From Thermoanaerobaculia bacterium (GTDB lineage Bacteria; Acidobacteriota; Thermoanaerobaculia; Multivoradales; Multivoraceae), in contig OY761158.1 of NCBI GenBank assembly GCA_963664405.1, positions 5,344,001 through 5,408,000 on the forward strand: a DNA stretch of 64,000 nt, written 5' to 3'. The notes beneath the pieces were generated by a model. It saw nothing but the letters and a program-made list of their open reading frames with translations, was not told where the DNA came from and did not search any database. Positions within the stretch are counted from its first letter, which is position 1, and every line of letters begins with the position of its first letter. Shown in pieces: positions 31,201 through 40,448 of the stretch. The position numbers and the translations under genes were made by a program.

Positions 31201-31379
31201 AGACGGCTCCCCTGGCCATTGCTGTCATCGGTGGGCTGCTCGCTTCACTCCCCAGCACTCTCTTCGTTGTGCCGTCGGCCTTCGCTCTCTTTACCAAGGG
31301 TGGGAGTGCGACATCGTCTTCGATCGATCCTGATGACCCGCGAAGCCCTTATTTTGATGCCGCCACTTCTCGAGGATGA
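28224..31379 (+). CDS. RND efflux transporter permease
   Basis: ~1050 aa; DIFP, INLMTLGGLTLAIGILVDE, MFVPLAL, GISVANAIL, RLRPIVMT. Confidence 0.93.
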   Translation: MWLIHIAMRRPISVLMIIVGVALTSILALQRMRADIFPALGTPVIYVAQPYGGMDPAQMEGYLVNYYEYHFLYVRGIDYVESRSIQGAALMQLHFHEGTDMAQAMAETVAQVNRSRSFMPPGTVPPFVMRFDAGSVPVGYLVFSSETRGVDEISDLALFRVRPMFAAVPGVSAPPPFGGTARSLVVHVDPDRLRAYGMSPDEVVEAISRSNTILPSGSVRIGDVNYMTPVNSTVEQAEDLNDVPIRSGAGATVYLRDVGYAEDAADILTSYALVNGRRAVYIAVTKRADASTLEVVRRVREALPSFRAQIPEDIDVAFEFDQSFYVSDALASLRFEGALGALLTGGMILLILGSLRSAFVIVTTIPLALLSAIVALWASGQTINLMTLGGLTLAIGILVDESVIAIENIHRHLAEGKRGARAVIEASREVMVPRLLIMLAILAVLAPSFFMEGVARAMFVPLALSVGFAMISSFFLASTYVPIMEAWLQRKGSSPETGARDRFTERMRERYSGWSKRALSRRRSVVFGYLAVCALALVALASTLGSDIFPTVDTGLLQMRLRAPAGTRVERTELLVRNVLGVIEEEVGAENLTTSLAFVGVQPSSYPVNLIFLWTGGPHEAVLLVRVDEDSAVSTGELQERLRERLPQVMPGASVTFEAADLVSQVMSFGSPTPIEIAVTGASLDANREYAETIQKTLANEGELRDVQLGELLEYPTLNITIDRDRAAQLDVSVADVGRALAPVTWSSRFTTPIYWADPRSGISYQVQVEVPQAQIDSVDDVASIPVQHGGRAVPTLLRDVADLSIGESFGEYHRRNMQRMITVTANIHDTDLGSARATVEKALAGLPEPPRGVSVGIRGQLTPLAQMISNLQLGVVLSIVAVFLLLVAYFQSGRVALSVIMALPAVLVGVGVALLLTVSTLNIQSFMGAMMAVGISVANAILLCTFAARSREEGMEAEAAALAGAGSRLRPIVMTTLVMVSGMVPMALGAPQTAPLAIAVIGGLLASLPSTLFVVPSAFALFTKGGSATSSSIDPDDPRSPYFDAATSRG

Positions 31380-32494
31380 GCTCCATGATGAAACGAAACC
31401 GCGCTAGCGCAGCCATCTTTCTTGTCTCGATGATCCCGCCTGTGGCGACGATCCCGCTGAGGGCTCAGCAGAGTGTGGGCGTCGACTTCGCCGAGGTCAC
31501 TCGGGCGGCGGTCGAGCAGACCGTCGTCTTACCGGGTGAGCTTCGCGCGCTCCAAGAGGTCGAGCTCCGCGCCAAGGTGGAGGGCTTCGTCGAGAGAATC
31601 CCGGTGGACCGCGGCACAAGGGTGGCGCGGGGAGAGACGATCGCGCGAATCCGCGCCCCTGAGTTGGACGCTCAGAAGGCGCAGGCGCAGGCTCAACTGG
31701 CGACGTCGGAGGCCGAGCTGGCAGAGGCCGAGGCGCGTCTGGCCGCGTCTCTGAGTAACTACGAGCGTCTCTCCAAGGCAGCTGAGACCCCGGACGTCGT
31801 CGCCGGGAACGACCTGATTCGGGCTGAGAACGCCGCCGCCGGCGACCGAGCCCATGTCAACGCACTGACCCAGAGCGTGGCGGCGGCGCAGTCCGCACTC
31901 GACGCGGTCCGAGAGATGACTTCGTATTTGATTGTCGGCGCGCCTTTCGAAGGCATCGTCACGGAGCGCTACGTGCACGTCGGCGCGCTGGTCGGACCCA
32001 CCGCCGGCCCGCTGGTTCGACTCGAACAGGTGAGCCGGCTCCGGCTGGTGACCCATGTCTCGGAGACCTACACGGGCGGTGACCTCGTGGGTGCCAAGGT
32101 GAGTTTTTCCGTCTCCGCCCATCCCGCGGTGACATTCGAGGCCGAGGTGTCGCGCCCGGCTCTATCGATCGACCGGGCGACCCGAACCATGGCGGTGGAA
32201 GCCGATGTCGATAACGCCGACGGCCGTCTTGCTCCCGGGATGTACGCCCAGGTCTCCTGGCCGCTGCGACGAGCTCAGAAGAGCCTCTTTGTGCCACGCT
32301 CGGCGGTCGTGGAAAATACAGAGAGGGTCTTCGTCATCCGGGCGGCGACCGGCGGGGCGGAATGGGTGGATGTCCGGCGCGGCGTCTTCCAAGAGGATCG
32401 AGTGGAGGTCTTCGGCGAGCTGGCGGCGGGTGACCGCATCGTCGCCCACGGAACCGACGAGATCCGCCCCGGGGCGCAGCTCACCTCGCGCTGA
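31376..32494 (+). CDS. RND periplasmic adaptor (MFP)
   Basis: AKVEGFVERIPVDRG, APFEGIVTER, TRTM, LAPGMYA; ATGA-coupled to permease. Confidence 0.92.
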   Translation: MSSMMKRNRASAAIFLVSMIPPVATIPLRAQQSVGVDFAEVTRAAVEQTVVLPGELRALQEVELRAKVEGFVERIPVDRGTRVARGETIARIRAPELDAQKAQAQAQLATSEAELAEAEARLAASLSNYERLSKAAETPDVVAGNDLIRAENAAAGDRAHVNALTQSVAAAQSALDAVREMTSYLIVGAPFEGIVTERYVHVGALVGPTAGPLVRLEQVSRLRLVTHVSETYTGGDLVGAKVSFSVSAHPAVTFEAEVSRPALSIDRATRTMAVEADVDNADGRLAPGMYAQVSWPLRRAQKSLFVPRSAVVENTERVFVIRAATGGAEWVDVRRGVFQEDRVEVFGELAAGDRIVAHGTDEIRPGAQLTSR

Positions 32495-32596
32495 GGTACG
32501 CGGGTCTCGAGCCCCGCAAGGCGCGGGCGTCGCTCTTCCAATCCCTCGGAGCCGATGCTCCACCATCCGCCAAACCCCAGTAGCTCCACTTGGCTC

Positions 32597-32659
32597 TACT
32601 GAATACTGAATACTGACTTACTTCTTCCTTCTTCCTTCTTACTTCTTACTTCTTACTCT
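32597..32659. repeat. Heptamer tandem repeat array
   Basis: TACTGAA x2, TACTGAC, TTACTTC, TTCCTTC x2, TTACTTC x2, TTACTCT (9 units in register). Confidence 0.85.
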
Positions 32660-33506
32660 CTCCCGGAAAATCCAGCGCCACATCCAACGCCGTCACACTG
32701 TGAGTCAGACCCCCGATGGAAAGCACGTTCACTCCGGTGGCGGCAATTTCGGCGATGTTGGCGAGAGCGATACCCCCCGACGCCTCCAGCGTCGCCCTGC
32801 CGTCGTTGATACGAACGGCCTGGCGTAGCTCGTCGAGGGACATGTTGTCGAGGAGGACTAAGTCCACACCGAGCTCGAGGGCTTCTTCGAGCTGAGCGAG
32901 CGAGTCGACCTCGGCTTCGATCTTGACCATATGGCCGACCCCGGCTTGCGCTCGCTCGATCGCTTGGCGCAGGCCGCCGGCGAAAGCGACGTGGTTGTCT
33001 TTGATCAGCACCGCGTCGTCGAGGCCGAAGCGGTGGTCTGTGGCACCCCCGACGCGGAGGGCGTATCGCTCCAGCAGACGCAGACCTGGAGTGGTCTTGC
33101 GTGTGCCGGCGATGACGGCGCCGTGTTTGGCAGCCTCAGCCGCCGCGTCTCTTGCCGCCGTAGCGATGCCGCTGAGACGACCGAGAAGGTTGAGCGCGAC
33201 CCGCTCGCCGCTGAGAATGGCGCGCGCCTGACCGCTGAGGCGCGCCACGGTCGTACCCGACTCGACGTCGCTGCCATCGTCGACGCGGGCTTCGGTGTCG
33301 AGTTGGGGGTCGAGCAGGCGAAGGGTGTCGAGCGCGATGCGGATACCCGCGATGCGACCGCTGCCGCGACTCACCAGCTCGGCGGTGGCCTCCTCTCCCT
33401 CGGGCACGATGGCGTCGGTGGTCAGGTCTCCCGACCCGCCGAGATCTTCTCGGAGGGCGGAGCGGAGGAGGTCGAGGTAGAGCAGCGGATGAGGGTGACG
33501 AGTCAT
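32646..33506 (-). CDS. nadC: Nicotinate-nucleotide pyrophosphorylase (QPRTase)
   Basis: EDLG.GDLTT, ERVALN, TRKTTPGLR, HRFGLDDAVLIKDNH, LLDNM, EASGG. Confidence 0.96.
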   Translation of the reverse strand: MTRHPHPLLYLDLLRSALREDLGGSGDLTTDAIVPEGEEATAELVSRGSGRIAGIRIALDTLRLLDPQLDTEARVDDGSDVESGTTVARLSGQARAILSGERVALNLLGRLSGIATAARDAAAEAAKHGAVIAGTRKTTPGLRLLERYALRVGGATDHRFGLDDAVLIKDNHVAFAGGLRQAIERAQAGVGHMVKIEAEVDSLAQLEEALELGVDLVLLDNMSLDELRQAVRINDGRATLEASGGIALANIAEIAATGVNVLSIGGLTHSVTALDVALDFPGESKK

Positions 33507-35113
33507 CCGCGACTCGCTACCGCGCTCACTTCGAGCCTTTCGCTCTCTACTTTGTCGTGAAGAGGGATGTAGCGCGGGCTAGAGCCGTCAACATCAGTTC
33601 CGATCGAGTCCGATCGGACGTGGCTGCCGCAGGTCTCGCGGCGCGCAGCGGCGGCGACGAGGAGGTGTCGGGCGACCGTCGTCAGGTTGCCGAGCGTGCC
33701 GTTCGAGCTGCCGTACTCCGCCTCGATCTCCTCGATTGCGGCCAAGGCTTCAGCGAGCCCCTCGGCGTTGCGCACCAATCCCGCGTGTGCCCACATCAGC
33801 CGTCGCAGACGTCGTCTCGCTGCCTCCGGGGAGGTGTCGACCCATTTGCCGACGATACGGGTCGGTTGGATCTCGGAGCCCTCGCCGTTGAGCCCCCATC
33901 CGCTGCTGGGAGTGACCAAGCACGCCTTGATGTCCTTCGCCGTCTGCGAGCCGAAGACAATGGCCTCGAGCAGAGAGTTGCTCGCCAGGCGGTTGGCTCC
34001 GTGAGCTCCGGTAGCGGAGACTTCGCCGCAAGCCCAAAGCCCGGGCAGGGTGCTTCGCCCCCGGGGGTCGACGGCGATGCCACCCATCAGGTAGTGGGCT
34101 GCCGGGGTGATGGGAATGAGCTCTCTGGCGGGGTCGATGCCGGCGGCGATGCAGTTCTCGTAGACGGTGGGGAAGCGCTCGGCGATGCTCTCTCCGAGGC
34201 ACTCTCTGACATCGAGGAAAACCCGGTGCCCCTCCTGCTGATGAGCGAAGAGGGCGCGCGCGACGAAGTCACGCGGTGCGAGCTCGGCGTCGGGATGGAG
34301 GGCGGCGAGAAAGCGCTGGCCGGACTCGTCGACAATGGATGCGCCCTCGCCACGAAGGGCCTCGGTCAGGAGCGGAAGCGGGTCGGCCTCGGTGGCCAGC
34401 GCGGTGGGATGAAACTGGACGAATTCGAGGTCGACCAAGTCGGCGCCGGCGCGAGCCGCCATCGCGATGCCGTCGCCGGTGAGCTCTTCCGGGTTGGTGG
34501 TGTGCAAGAAAAGCTGCCCAGCCCCTCCGGTGGCGAGTACGACCGCCTGGGCCCGGATCCGGAGCGGCGGTTGGCCGTCGCCGAGATCGACGACGACGCC
34601 GACTACGCGACCCTCTTCCACGATCAGCTCGGTGGCGAAGGCCTGCTCGACGATCTGCACTCCGTGCTGAGCGAGTACTGCCTCACTCAGGGACCGAACC
34701 ATTTCCAGACCGGTTGCGTCGCCACCTGCGTGAACAATTCGCCGTCGATGGTGCCCGCCTTCCATGCCGAGTGCGAGCCTGCCCGTGGGCGTGCGATCGA
34801 AGCGGGTTCCCATGGCTTCGAGCTGCCGGATCGCGGCGGGCGCCCTGCGGGTCATCAGCCGCACGATGTCCGGGTTGTTGAGGCCTCCACCGGCCGCGAT
34901 GGTGTCCTCGGCGTGGAGCTCCGGGCTATCTTCTCGGTCGACCGCGGCGGCAATACCGCCTTGCGCGAAGGGGCTGGAGCCGCCGACGCCGAAGGGTGTC
35001 TTGGTGACCAGGGTGACCCGCAGCGGCGCGAGCTCGAGTGTGGTTCTCAGCCCGCCGACCCCGGCACCGACAACGACGACGTCAGTGTGCTGTGTGTTCT
35101 CTTCAGCTCTCAT
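33503..35113 (-). CDS. nadB: L-aspartate oxidase
   Basis: [50 protein letters not shown]; ATG 35113 overlaps nadA stop. Confidence 0.95.
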   Translation of the reverse strand: MRAEENTQHTDVVVVGAGVGGLRTTLELAPLRVTLVTKTPFGVGGSSPFAQGGIAAAVDREDSPELHAEDTIAAGGGLNNPDIVRLMTRRAPAAIRQLEAMGTRFDRTPTGRLALGMEGGHHRRRIVHAGGDATGLEMVRSLSEAVLAQHGVQIVEQAFATELIVEEGRVVGVVVDLGDGQPPLRIRAQAVVLATGGAGQLFLHTTNPEELTGDGIAMAARAGADLVDLEFVQFHPTALATEADPLPLLTEALRGEGASIVDESGQRFLAALHPDAELAPRDFVARALFAHQQEGHRVFLDVRECLGESIAERFPTVYENCIAAGIDPARELIPITPAAHYLMGGIAVDPRGRSTLPGLWACGEVSATGAHGANRLASNSLLEAIVFGSQTAKDIKACLVTPSSGWGLNGEGSEIQPTRIVGKWVDTSPEAARRRLRRLMWAHAGLVRNAEGLAEALAAIEEIEAEYGSSNGTLGNLTTVARHLLVAAAARRETCGSHVRSDSIGTDVDGSSPRYIPLHDKVESERLEVSAVASRG

Positions 35114-36153
35114 GACACGGTCTTCTCTGAGGGTCCCTTCGGTGCCCGAAAGTCCATCATTCGCTCGACCGCTCGCCGGGCGCGCCGGGCGATATCCTCG
35201 TCGATCTCGATAGCGTGGGTCATCGTGCGCAGCGAATGGAGGATTTTCGGCAGCGTGATCCGCTTCATGTGGGGGCAGAGGTTGCAGGGCCGCACGAAGT
35301 CGACCTCGGGGTAGGCGACGGCGACGTTGTCGCTCATCGAGCACTCGGTGACCATGACCACCCGCTTGGGCCGCCGGTCTCCCACGTAGGAGATCATCTT
35401 CGAGGTCGAGCCCACAAAATCAGCCTCCGCCAGCACATCGGGAGGGCACTCCGGATGGGCGAGGACGATGATGCCCGGGTCGTGTTCACGGTAGCCGCGA
35501 ATTTCCTCAGCCGTGAAGCGCTCGTGAACCTCACAGTGGCCTTGCCAAAGAATGATCTCCTTCTCGGTCTGGCCGGCGACCCAGCGGCCCAGGTACTCAT
35601 CGGGGAGAAAGATGACTCGATCCTCCGAGAGGGACTCGACGATCTCGACCGCGTTTGCCGACGTGCAGCAGATGTCGCTCTCAGCCTTGACGTCGGCGGA
35701 GGTGTTCACATAGGTGACGACCGGCGCTCCCGGATAGCGCTGGCGTAGAAGCCTGACGTCTTCGCCGGTAATGGCCTCTGCCAGCGAACAGCCTGCGTCG
35801 AGGTCGGGGATGAGGACGGTCTTGGTGGGGCTCAAGAGCTTCGCGGTCTCGGCCATGAAGTGCACCCCGCAGAGCACGATCACGTCGGCGTCGGCGTCGG
35901 CCGCCAGGCGGGCAAGTGCCAGCGAGTCTCCACAGAGGTCGGCTACGCCGTTGAAGATCTCAGGGGTCTGATAGTTGTGGGCGAGGATGATGGCGTTGCG
36001 CTCCTCTTTGAGCTCGTTGATGGCGGCAATGAGGGGTGCGTGAACCGGCCATTCGATCTCCGGAATGACATGGCGAACTCGCTCGTAGATGGCCTGGGTC
36101 GCGTGCTGGACGGCCGGGGTGAACTCGAGTGTCGGCGTGACTTCGGTGGTCAT
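35110..36153 (-). CDS. nadA: Quinolinate synthase
   Basis: [41 protein letters not shown]. Confidence 0.96.
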   Translation of the reverse strand: MTTEVTPTLEFTPAVQHATQAIYERVRHVIPEIEWPVHAPLIAAINELKEERNAIILAHNYQTPEIFNGVADLCGDSLALARLAADADADVIVLCGVHFMAETAKLLSPTKTVLIPDLDAGCSLAEAITGEDVRLLRQRYPGAPVVTYVNTSADVKAESDICCTSANAVEIVESLSEDRVIFLPDEYLGRWVAGQTEKEIILWQGHCEVHERFTAEEIRGYREHDPGIIVLAHPECPPDVLAEADFVGSTSKMISYVGDRRPKRVVMVTECSMSDNVAVAYPEVDFVRPCNLCPHMKRITLPKILHSLRTMTHAIEIDEDIARRARRAVERMMDFRAPKGPSEKTVS

Positions 36154-36164
36154 AGGCACCCTTC

Positions 36165-36185
36165 TTATGCTCAATACGAGAATAA
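36165..36185. promoter_or_regulatory. NadQ-type operator, proximal
   Basis: TTATGCTCAATACGAGAATAA, close to the recalled NadQ palindrome ttATRCTCannnTGAGYATaa; 12 bp upstream of the nadA ATG. Confidence 0.7.
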
Positions 36186-36225
36186 ATAGGCGTAAGAAAA
36201 AAGAGGAGCGCTCTCCTCGCTACAG

Positions 36226-36246
36226 TTATGCTACATGTGAGTATAT
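36226..36246. promoter_or_regulatory. NadQ-type operator, distal
   Basis: TTATGCTACATGTGAGTATAT; overlaps the -10 and spacer of the nadA promoter. Confidence 0.7.
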
Positions 36247-36257
36247 TCACTTGTCAA
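36228..36257 (-). promoter_or_regulatory. sigma70 promoter of nadABC
   Basis: Minus strand TTGACA(36257-36252)-N18-TAGCAT(36233-36228). Confidence 0.6.
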
Positions 36258-37195
36258 GAGCGAGGCGGGAGTCCCGGAAGACCCACTCCCGGGGTCGGCC
36301 GCTCGTGGAGAACTTCGCGGCGGAAGGCGAAAAGCTCCGCGGGTCGTCCGCCGGTTTGCATCTCGAGCTTTCCGGTGCCTTCCACCAGGCCCCCATTTTC
36401 TACCAAGCGCCGAAAGTTTTGCTTGTGGAGAGGGATCCCGGCCAACGCCTCGACCACCCTCTGCAGCTGAAGCAGAGTGAAGGAGGGCGGGACTAGCTCG
36501 AAGACGAGCGGCCGGTACTTCAGTTTTCCGCGCAGTCGACCCAGAGCGGTAGCCAGGATCCGGCGGTGGTCCAAGGCCATCGGCAGGCCCGGTTGGGTGC
36601 GGCCGGAGCGGCTCGCTTTTTTCACCCGCTCAGTTCTCGCTTCGGCGATCAGGCCGCCTTCGTAGAGGAGCTCGTAACGATCGAGAACCCGTTCCTCATC
36701 CCACTTTGCGCCGCCGCTGCCGAAGGCGATCTCGACTCTTTCGGTGCGAAGGCCCGAGGGGCCTTCTTCTTCGCGTGCCCAGGACGCCAGGCGAGGAATC
36801 AGAACGCGATCGATCAGGCCCGGCCGGCCGCTGCGCCAGTCCTCCCAAGGCAAGAACGAGTACGCGTCACGCCATTCAGCGCCCCTGGCCGGACTCTTGT
36901 CTTCCCGTAGTAGGGCGAGGTAGGCAACGGACAGAGCTCTTCCGCCGCCGTCGGTGTCGGCCTGACGGTCGCGATCGCCGAAGGTGTAGAGCTGTTCCAC
37001 ATACCCCAACTCGAGCTCTGCCTGCTCTCGCACCCATCCACGGAGGCCGAGCTCCAGAGTGTGATCGCCACGCGGGTCCAGCGGGCCAAAAGGGAGAGCA
37101 GGCCGTCCCCCTTCTTCGAGGGTGAGGATTCTCGGCTCTTCGCCGGTGACGGCGAAGATAGCGGCGTTGAGGCCGATCGTGATCTCTGCACTCAT
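36254..37195 (-). CDS. nadQ: NAD biosynthesis regulator NadQ (COG4111; Nudix-like + wHTH, NrtR-related)
   Basis: LPFGP...TLELGLRGWVREQ...LGYVEQLYTFGDRDR, LPWEDWR, RYELLYE, DHRRILATALGRLRGKLKYRP, LHKQNFRRLV, GGRPAELF; directly upstream of nadA. Confidence 0.85.
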   Translation of the reverse strand: MSAEITIGLNAAIFAVTGEEPRILTLEEGGRPALPFGPLDPRGDHTLELGLRGWVREQAELELGYVEQLYTFGDRDRQADTDGGGRALSVAYLALLREDKSPARGAEWRDAYSFLPWEDWRSGRPGLIDRVLIPRLASWAREEEGPSGLRTERVEIAFGSGGAKWDEERVLDRYELLYEGGLIAEARTERVKKASRSGRTQPGLPMALDHRRILATALGRLRGKLKYRPLVFELVPPSFTLLQLQRVVEALAGIPLHKQNFRRLVENGGLVEGTGKLEMQTGGRPAELFAFRREVLHERPTPGVGLPGLPPRS

Positions 37196-37950
37196 GCGAA
37201 GGGGCTGATTGAACGGGTGTTTGATGCCGCTGAAGCTCTCTCGGCGAGGTCCCCCTCGAGAGCAAGGGGGAGCGGCGTCCGTCCGAACACTGTACAGAAG
37301 TGATGGATGAGGGGGGTGGAGAGATCTGCGAGGCTCAGCGAGCTGCGGCAGCTCGGCGCTGCTCGAGACCGAGACCGCTCGGCGACTGAGGAAACAAGTG
37401 TCCCCGGCATGCCGCAGGCGACGATACTTTTGAAGTAGTCGAGATCAGTCGAGACATTGAGTGCGAAGCCATGAGTGGTCACCCAGCGTCGAATGTGAAC
37501 GCCTATCGAAGCGATCTTCTCTCCCTCGACCCAGACTCCGACCGGTGCTCCGTCGAGCCCCGGGTCGGCGTCGATGCCGAGATCCGCGAGGGTACGAATA
37601 AGAACTTCCTGCAGGTCACGGATGTATCGACGCACGTCCCTCCGATCAGGCTTGAGGTCGAGGATCGGGTAGCCCACGAGCTGGCCGGGGCCGTGATAGG
37701 TCACTTGCCCACCGCGGTCGGCGTCGCGGACCAGAACTCCCTGCTCTTCCAACCACTTCCTGTCTGCTAGGACGTCATCGGCAGCGGCGTTGCGCCCGAG
37801 AGTGACGACGTGAGGATGTTCGAGAAGAAGGAGATGCTCCTCGCTACGACCTTCGAGCACGTCGTCTCGGATCTTGTGCTGCAGGTTGGTGGCGATGTCG
37901 TAGTCGACAGTGCCGAGAAAGCCTGCTCGGAGCGGTGGCACATGGCTCAC
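37192..37950 (-). CDS. lipB: Octanoyltransferase
   Basis: LLEHPHVVTLGR, DRGGQVTYHGPGQLVGYPI, KIASIG, HGFALNV, IVACG; start approximate. Confidence 0.93.
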   Translation of the reverse strand: MSHVPPLRAGFLGTVDYDIATNLQHKIRDDVLEGRSEEHLLLLEHPHVVTLGRNAAADDVLADRKWLEEQGVLVRDADRGGQVTYHGPGQLVGYPILDLKPDRRDVRRYIRDLQEVLIRTLADLGIDADPGLDGAPVGVWVEGEKIASIGVHIRRWVTTHGFALNVSTDLDYFKSIVACGMPGTLVSSVAERSRSRAAPSCRSSLSLADLSTPLIHHFCTVFGRTPLPLALEGDLAERASAASNTRSISPFA

Positions 37951-38011
37951 TATGGAGGAGATTCTAGCTTGGAGCCGTCGGCTCGTTCTCGCTCCGGTAG
38001 GATCCCCACCC

Positions 38012-39163
38012 GTGACTGACGACGTTGGCACTCCGTCCCGACCCCTCGCTCTGCTTCTGACCGGCGGCGGCGCCAGAGCGGCCTACCAGGTGGGAGTGCT
38101 GCGCTATCTCGCGAAGCTCGACCCCCAGCTCCAGATCCCGATCGTGACTGGAGTCTCCGCCGGCGGCATCAACGCCGCATGCTTGGCTGCCAGTGTCGAT
38201 CGTTTCGACGAGTGTGTCGAGAACCTCTGCGACCTGTGGCTGAGCCTGGATCCCGGTAGCGTCTTCCGAGTCGATTCGTTGAGCCTCGGGCGCGGCGTCT
38301 TGAGTTGGCTACTGCGCCTCTCCTCCGGCGGATCGGAGCTCGCGCCCCAAACTCGAGGCTTGGTGGACACGTCGCCTCTTCGAGACTTCCTTGAAAAGGC
38401 GCTCAACAGCGAACAGGGGGTTCTTGGCGGCATTTCCCGCAACCTGGAGTCGGGGAGACTGAAGGCGGTAGGCCTCACTACGGTCGAGTATGCGACCGGC
38501 CGCACGGTGCTATGGACCCAGGGTGCCGAGGTCCAGGGCTGGCAGAGGCCACAGCGGAGGAGTGTCGAGACCCGCTTCACCGTGGACCACGTGATGGCTT
38601 CAGCCGCTCTGCCGCTCCTCTTCCCGGCGATACGGCTGGAGCACTGCTGGCACGGCGACGGGGGAGTGCGACTTACCAGTCCGCTGTCGCCGGCCATCCA
38701 CATGGGGGCGCGACGCATCCTGGCGATCTCGACCCGCTATAGGCGCACCGCTGAGGAGGCCGCCGATCCTGCCTTGGAGGGATACCCCCCACCGGCGCAG
38801 ATCGCGGGCGTGCTGATGAACGCAATCTTCCTGGATCTGCTCGACCAGGACGCAGTCCATCTCGAGCGAACCAACAGACTGCTCCGCCACGCCAACGACG
38901 CCGGGCGGGAGGATCTCGCGCATGTCGATCTGCTGGTTCTGCGTCCGTCGGTCGATCTCGGCAGGCTGGCCAGCGACTTCGAGGCCCGACTTCCACGCGG
39001 ATTCAGGTTCCTGACCCGAGGCCTCGGCACTCGGGAGACCAAAAGCTCCGACCTCTTGAGCATGCTCATGTTTCAGAGGGACTACGTCGAACGCCTGATC
39101 GAGATCGGCGAGGCCGATGCCGAGGCGCAGCGCGAGGAGATCTCTAGTCTGCTCGCCGTCTAG
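38012..39163 (+). CDS. Patatin-like phospholipase
   Basis: LTGGGARAAYQVG, GVSAG nucleophile elbow, ASAALPLLFP, DGG. Confidence 0.9.
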   Translation: MTDDVGTPSRPLALLLTGGGARAAYQVGVLRYLAKLDPQLQIPIVTGVSAGGINAACLAASVDRFDECVENLCDLWLSLDPGSVFRVDSLSLGRGVLSWLLRLSSGGSELAPQTRGLVDTSPLRDFLEKALNSEQGVLGGISRNLESGRLKAVGLTTVEYATGRTVLWTQGAEVQGWQRPQRRSVETRFTVDHVMASAALPLLFPAIRLEHCWHGDGGVRLTSPLSPAIHMGARRILAISTRYRRTAEEAADPALEGYPPPAQIAGVLMNAIFLDLLDQDAVHLERTNRLLRHANDAGREDLAHVDLLVLRPSVDLGRLASDFEARLPRGFRFLTRGLGTRETKSSDLLSMLMFQRDYVERLIEIGEADAEAQREEISSLLAV

Positions 39164-39325
39164 ACCAGCGTTTCCAGAGTTCGTGCTGCATAGCTCGAGG
39201 TCATTCTGTTCGCTGGCTAGGCGCGCTGACGCAGGCATATTGGGCAATATGTCGAGGAGGCGAAACGACGCCAGCGGGCAGAAGGGCCCGAGATATGTGC
39301 ACGAACTTTGGAAACGCTGGTCTAG
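39160..39325 (+). mobile_element. 166-bp CTAG-bounded palindromic element, family B copy 1
   Basis: Arms CTAGACCAGCGTTTCCAGAGTTCGTGC / GCACGAACTTTGGAAACGCTGGTCTAG; central CATATT-GGGC-AATATG; mobility inferred from dispersal. Confidence 0.8.
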
Positions 39326-39341
39326 GAACCGAGAGGAGGGC

Positions 39342-40391
39342 TCAGGAGGTGGGCTGCGGGCTCCCTTCAGCTTCCAGCTCGCTCGTGTAGGTACCATAGC
39401 GAGCAGCTCCGTTGACCCGTGCGCGGTGGTAGAAGGCTCGCTGTGCGGCCTCGACTTTCTGGTCCGCGCCGCCCCAAGCCTGGAGCGCCGACGCCTGCAA
39501 GGCCCTGCCGTAGGAGAAGCTGAGCTCCCAGGGCGCGCCACCGATCTTGTTCATGGCATCGAGGTGCTGGGTGGCCTCGATCTCGCTCTGCCCTCCTGAG
39601 AGGAACACGATCCCCGGAAGATCGGCTGGAACAGTGCGGAGAAAGCAGTCGATCGTTGCTTGCGCTACTTGTTCGACGCTCGCTTGTTGCTGGCAATCTT
39701 TGCCGGCGATCACCATATTCGGCTTCAGCAAGATGCTACGCAGAGGCACCCGCTGGGCGTAGAGCTCGGCGAAGGTTCGCTGCAGAGTGCGCTCGGTCGC
39801 CCTGAAGCAGTCTTCGAGGCTGTGGGCGCCGTCCATGAGTACTTCTGGCTCGACGATCGGCACCAAGCCCTGCTCGACGCAGATCGCGGCGTAGCGGGCC
39901 AGGGCATGGGCGTTGGCGTCCAGGCAGTAGTCGCTCGGTAGCCCCTCGGTCTGGTCGATAGCGATCACGGCGCGCCACTTGGCGAAACGAGCGCCGAGCT
40001 CCCGATACTCCGCGGCTCGCTCGCGGAGACCGTCGAGGCCTTCCGTCACTTTCTCGCCGGGAGCGCCCGCCAGTGGCTTTGCTCCTTGGTCGACCTTGAT
40101 ACCGGGGTGAATGCCTCTAGATTGCAGAAGCTGCGCGAACGGCGTCCCATTCGAGTCCCGCTGACGTAGAGTCTCGTCGAAGAGGATGACGCCGCTGACC
40201 AGCTCGTCGATGCCGGCGGTGGTGAATAGAAGATCCCGGTAGGCGCGACGCTTCTCTTCGGTGGACTCGACCCGGATCGAGTCGAATCGCTTCTTGATCG
40301 TCGGAGTGCTTTCGTCCGCCGCCAGAATCCCCTTTCCCGGTGCAACCAGGTCCCGAGCGACGGCTTCGAGGTTCGAACTACTTGTGCTCAC
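39342..40391 (-). CDS. Class I fructose-bisphosphate aldolase (animal/plant type)
   Basis: GKGILAADES, GIKVD, FAKWRAV, VPIVEPEV, LLKPNMV, FLSGGQSE, FSYGRALQ. Confidence 0.95.
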   Translation of the reverse strand: MSTSSSNLEAVARDLVAPGKGILAADESTPTIKKRFDSIRVESTEEKRRAYRDLLFTTAGIDELVSGVILFDETLRQRDSNGTPFAQLLQSRGIHPGIKVDQGAKPLAGAPGEKVTEGLDGLRERAAEYRELGARFAKWRAVIAIDQTEGLPSDYCLDANAHALARYAAICVEQGLVPIVEPEVLMDGAHSLEDCFRATERTLQRTFAELYAQRVPLRSILLKPNMVIAGKDCQQQASVEQVAQATIDCFLRTVPADLPGIVFLSGGQSEIEATQHLDAMNKIGGAPWELSFSYGRALQASALQAWGGADQKVEAAQRAFYHRARVNGAARYGTYTSELEAEGSPQPTS

Positions 40392-40448
40392 GGGTGCGTC
40401 CTCTCTGTCGGTCCGGGTTCATGATACTCGACCTCGAGGGGACTCTCC

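Noticed and set aside
33557-35314. 585-aa + strand ORF
   Set aside because: Antisense to nadB with no motifs; a typical high-GC shadow ORF.
39342-40391. Eukaryote-type aldolase as recent inter-domain transfer
   Set aside because: This class I family is widespread in bacteria and the gene's composition matches its surroundings.
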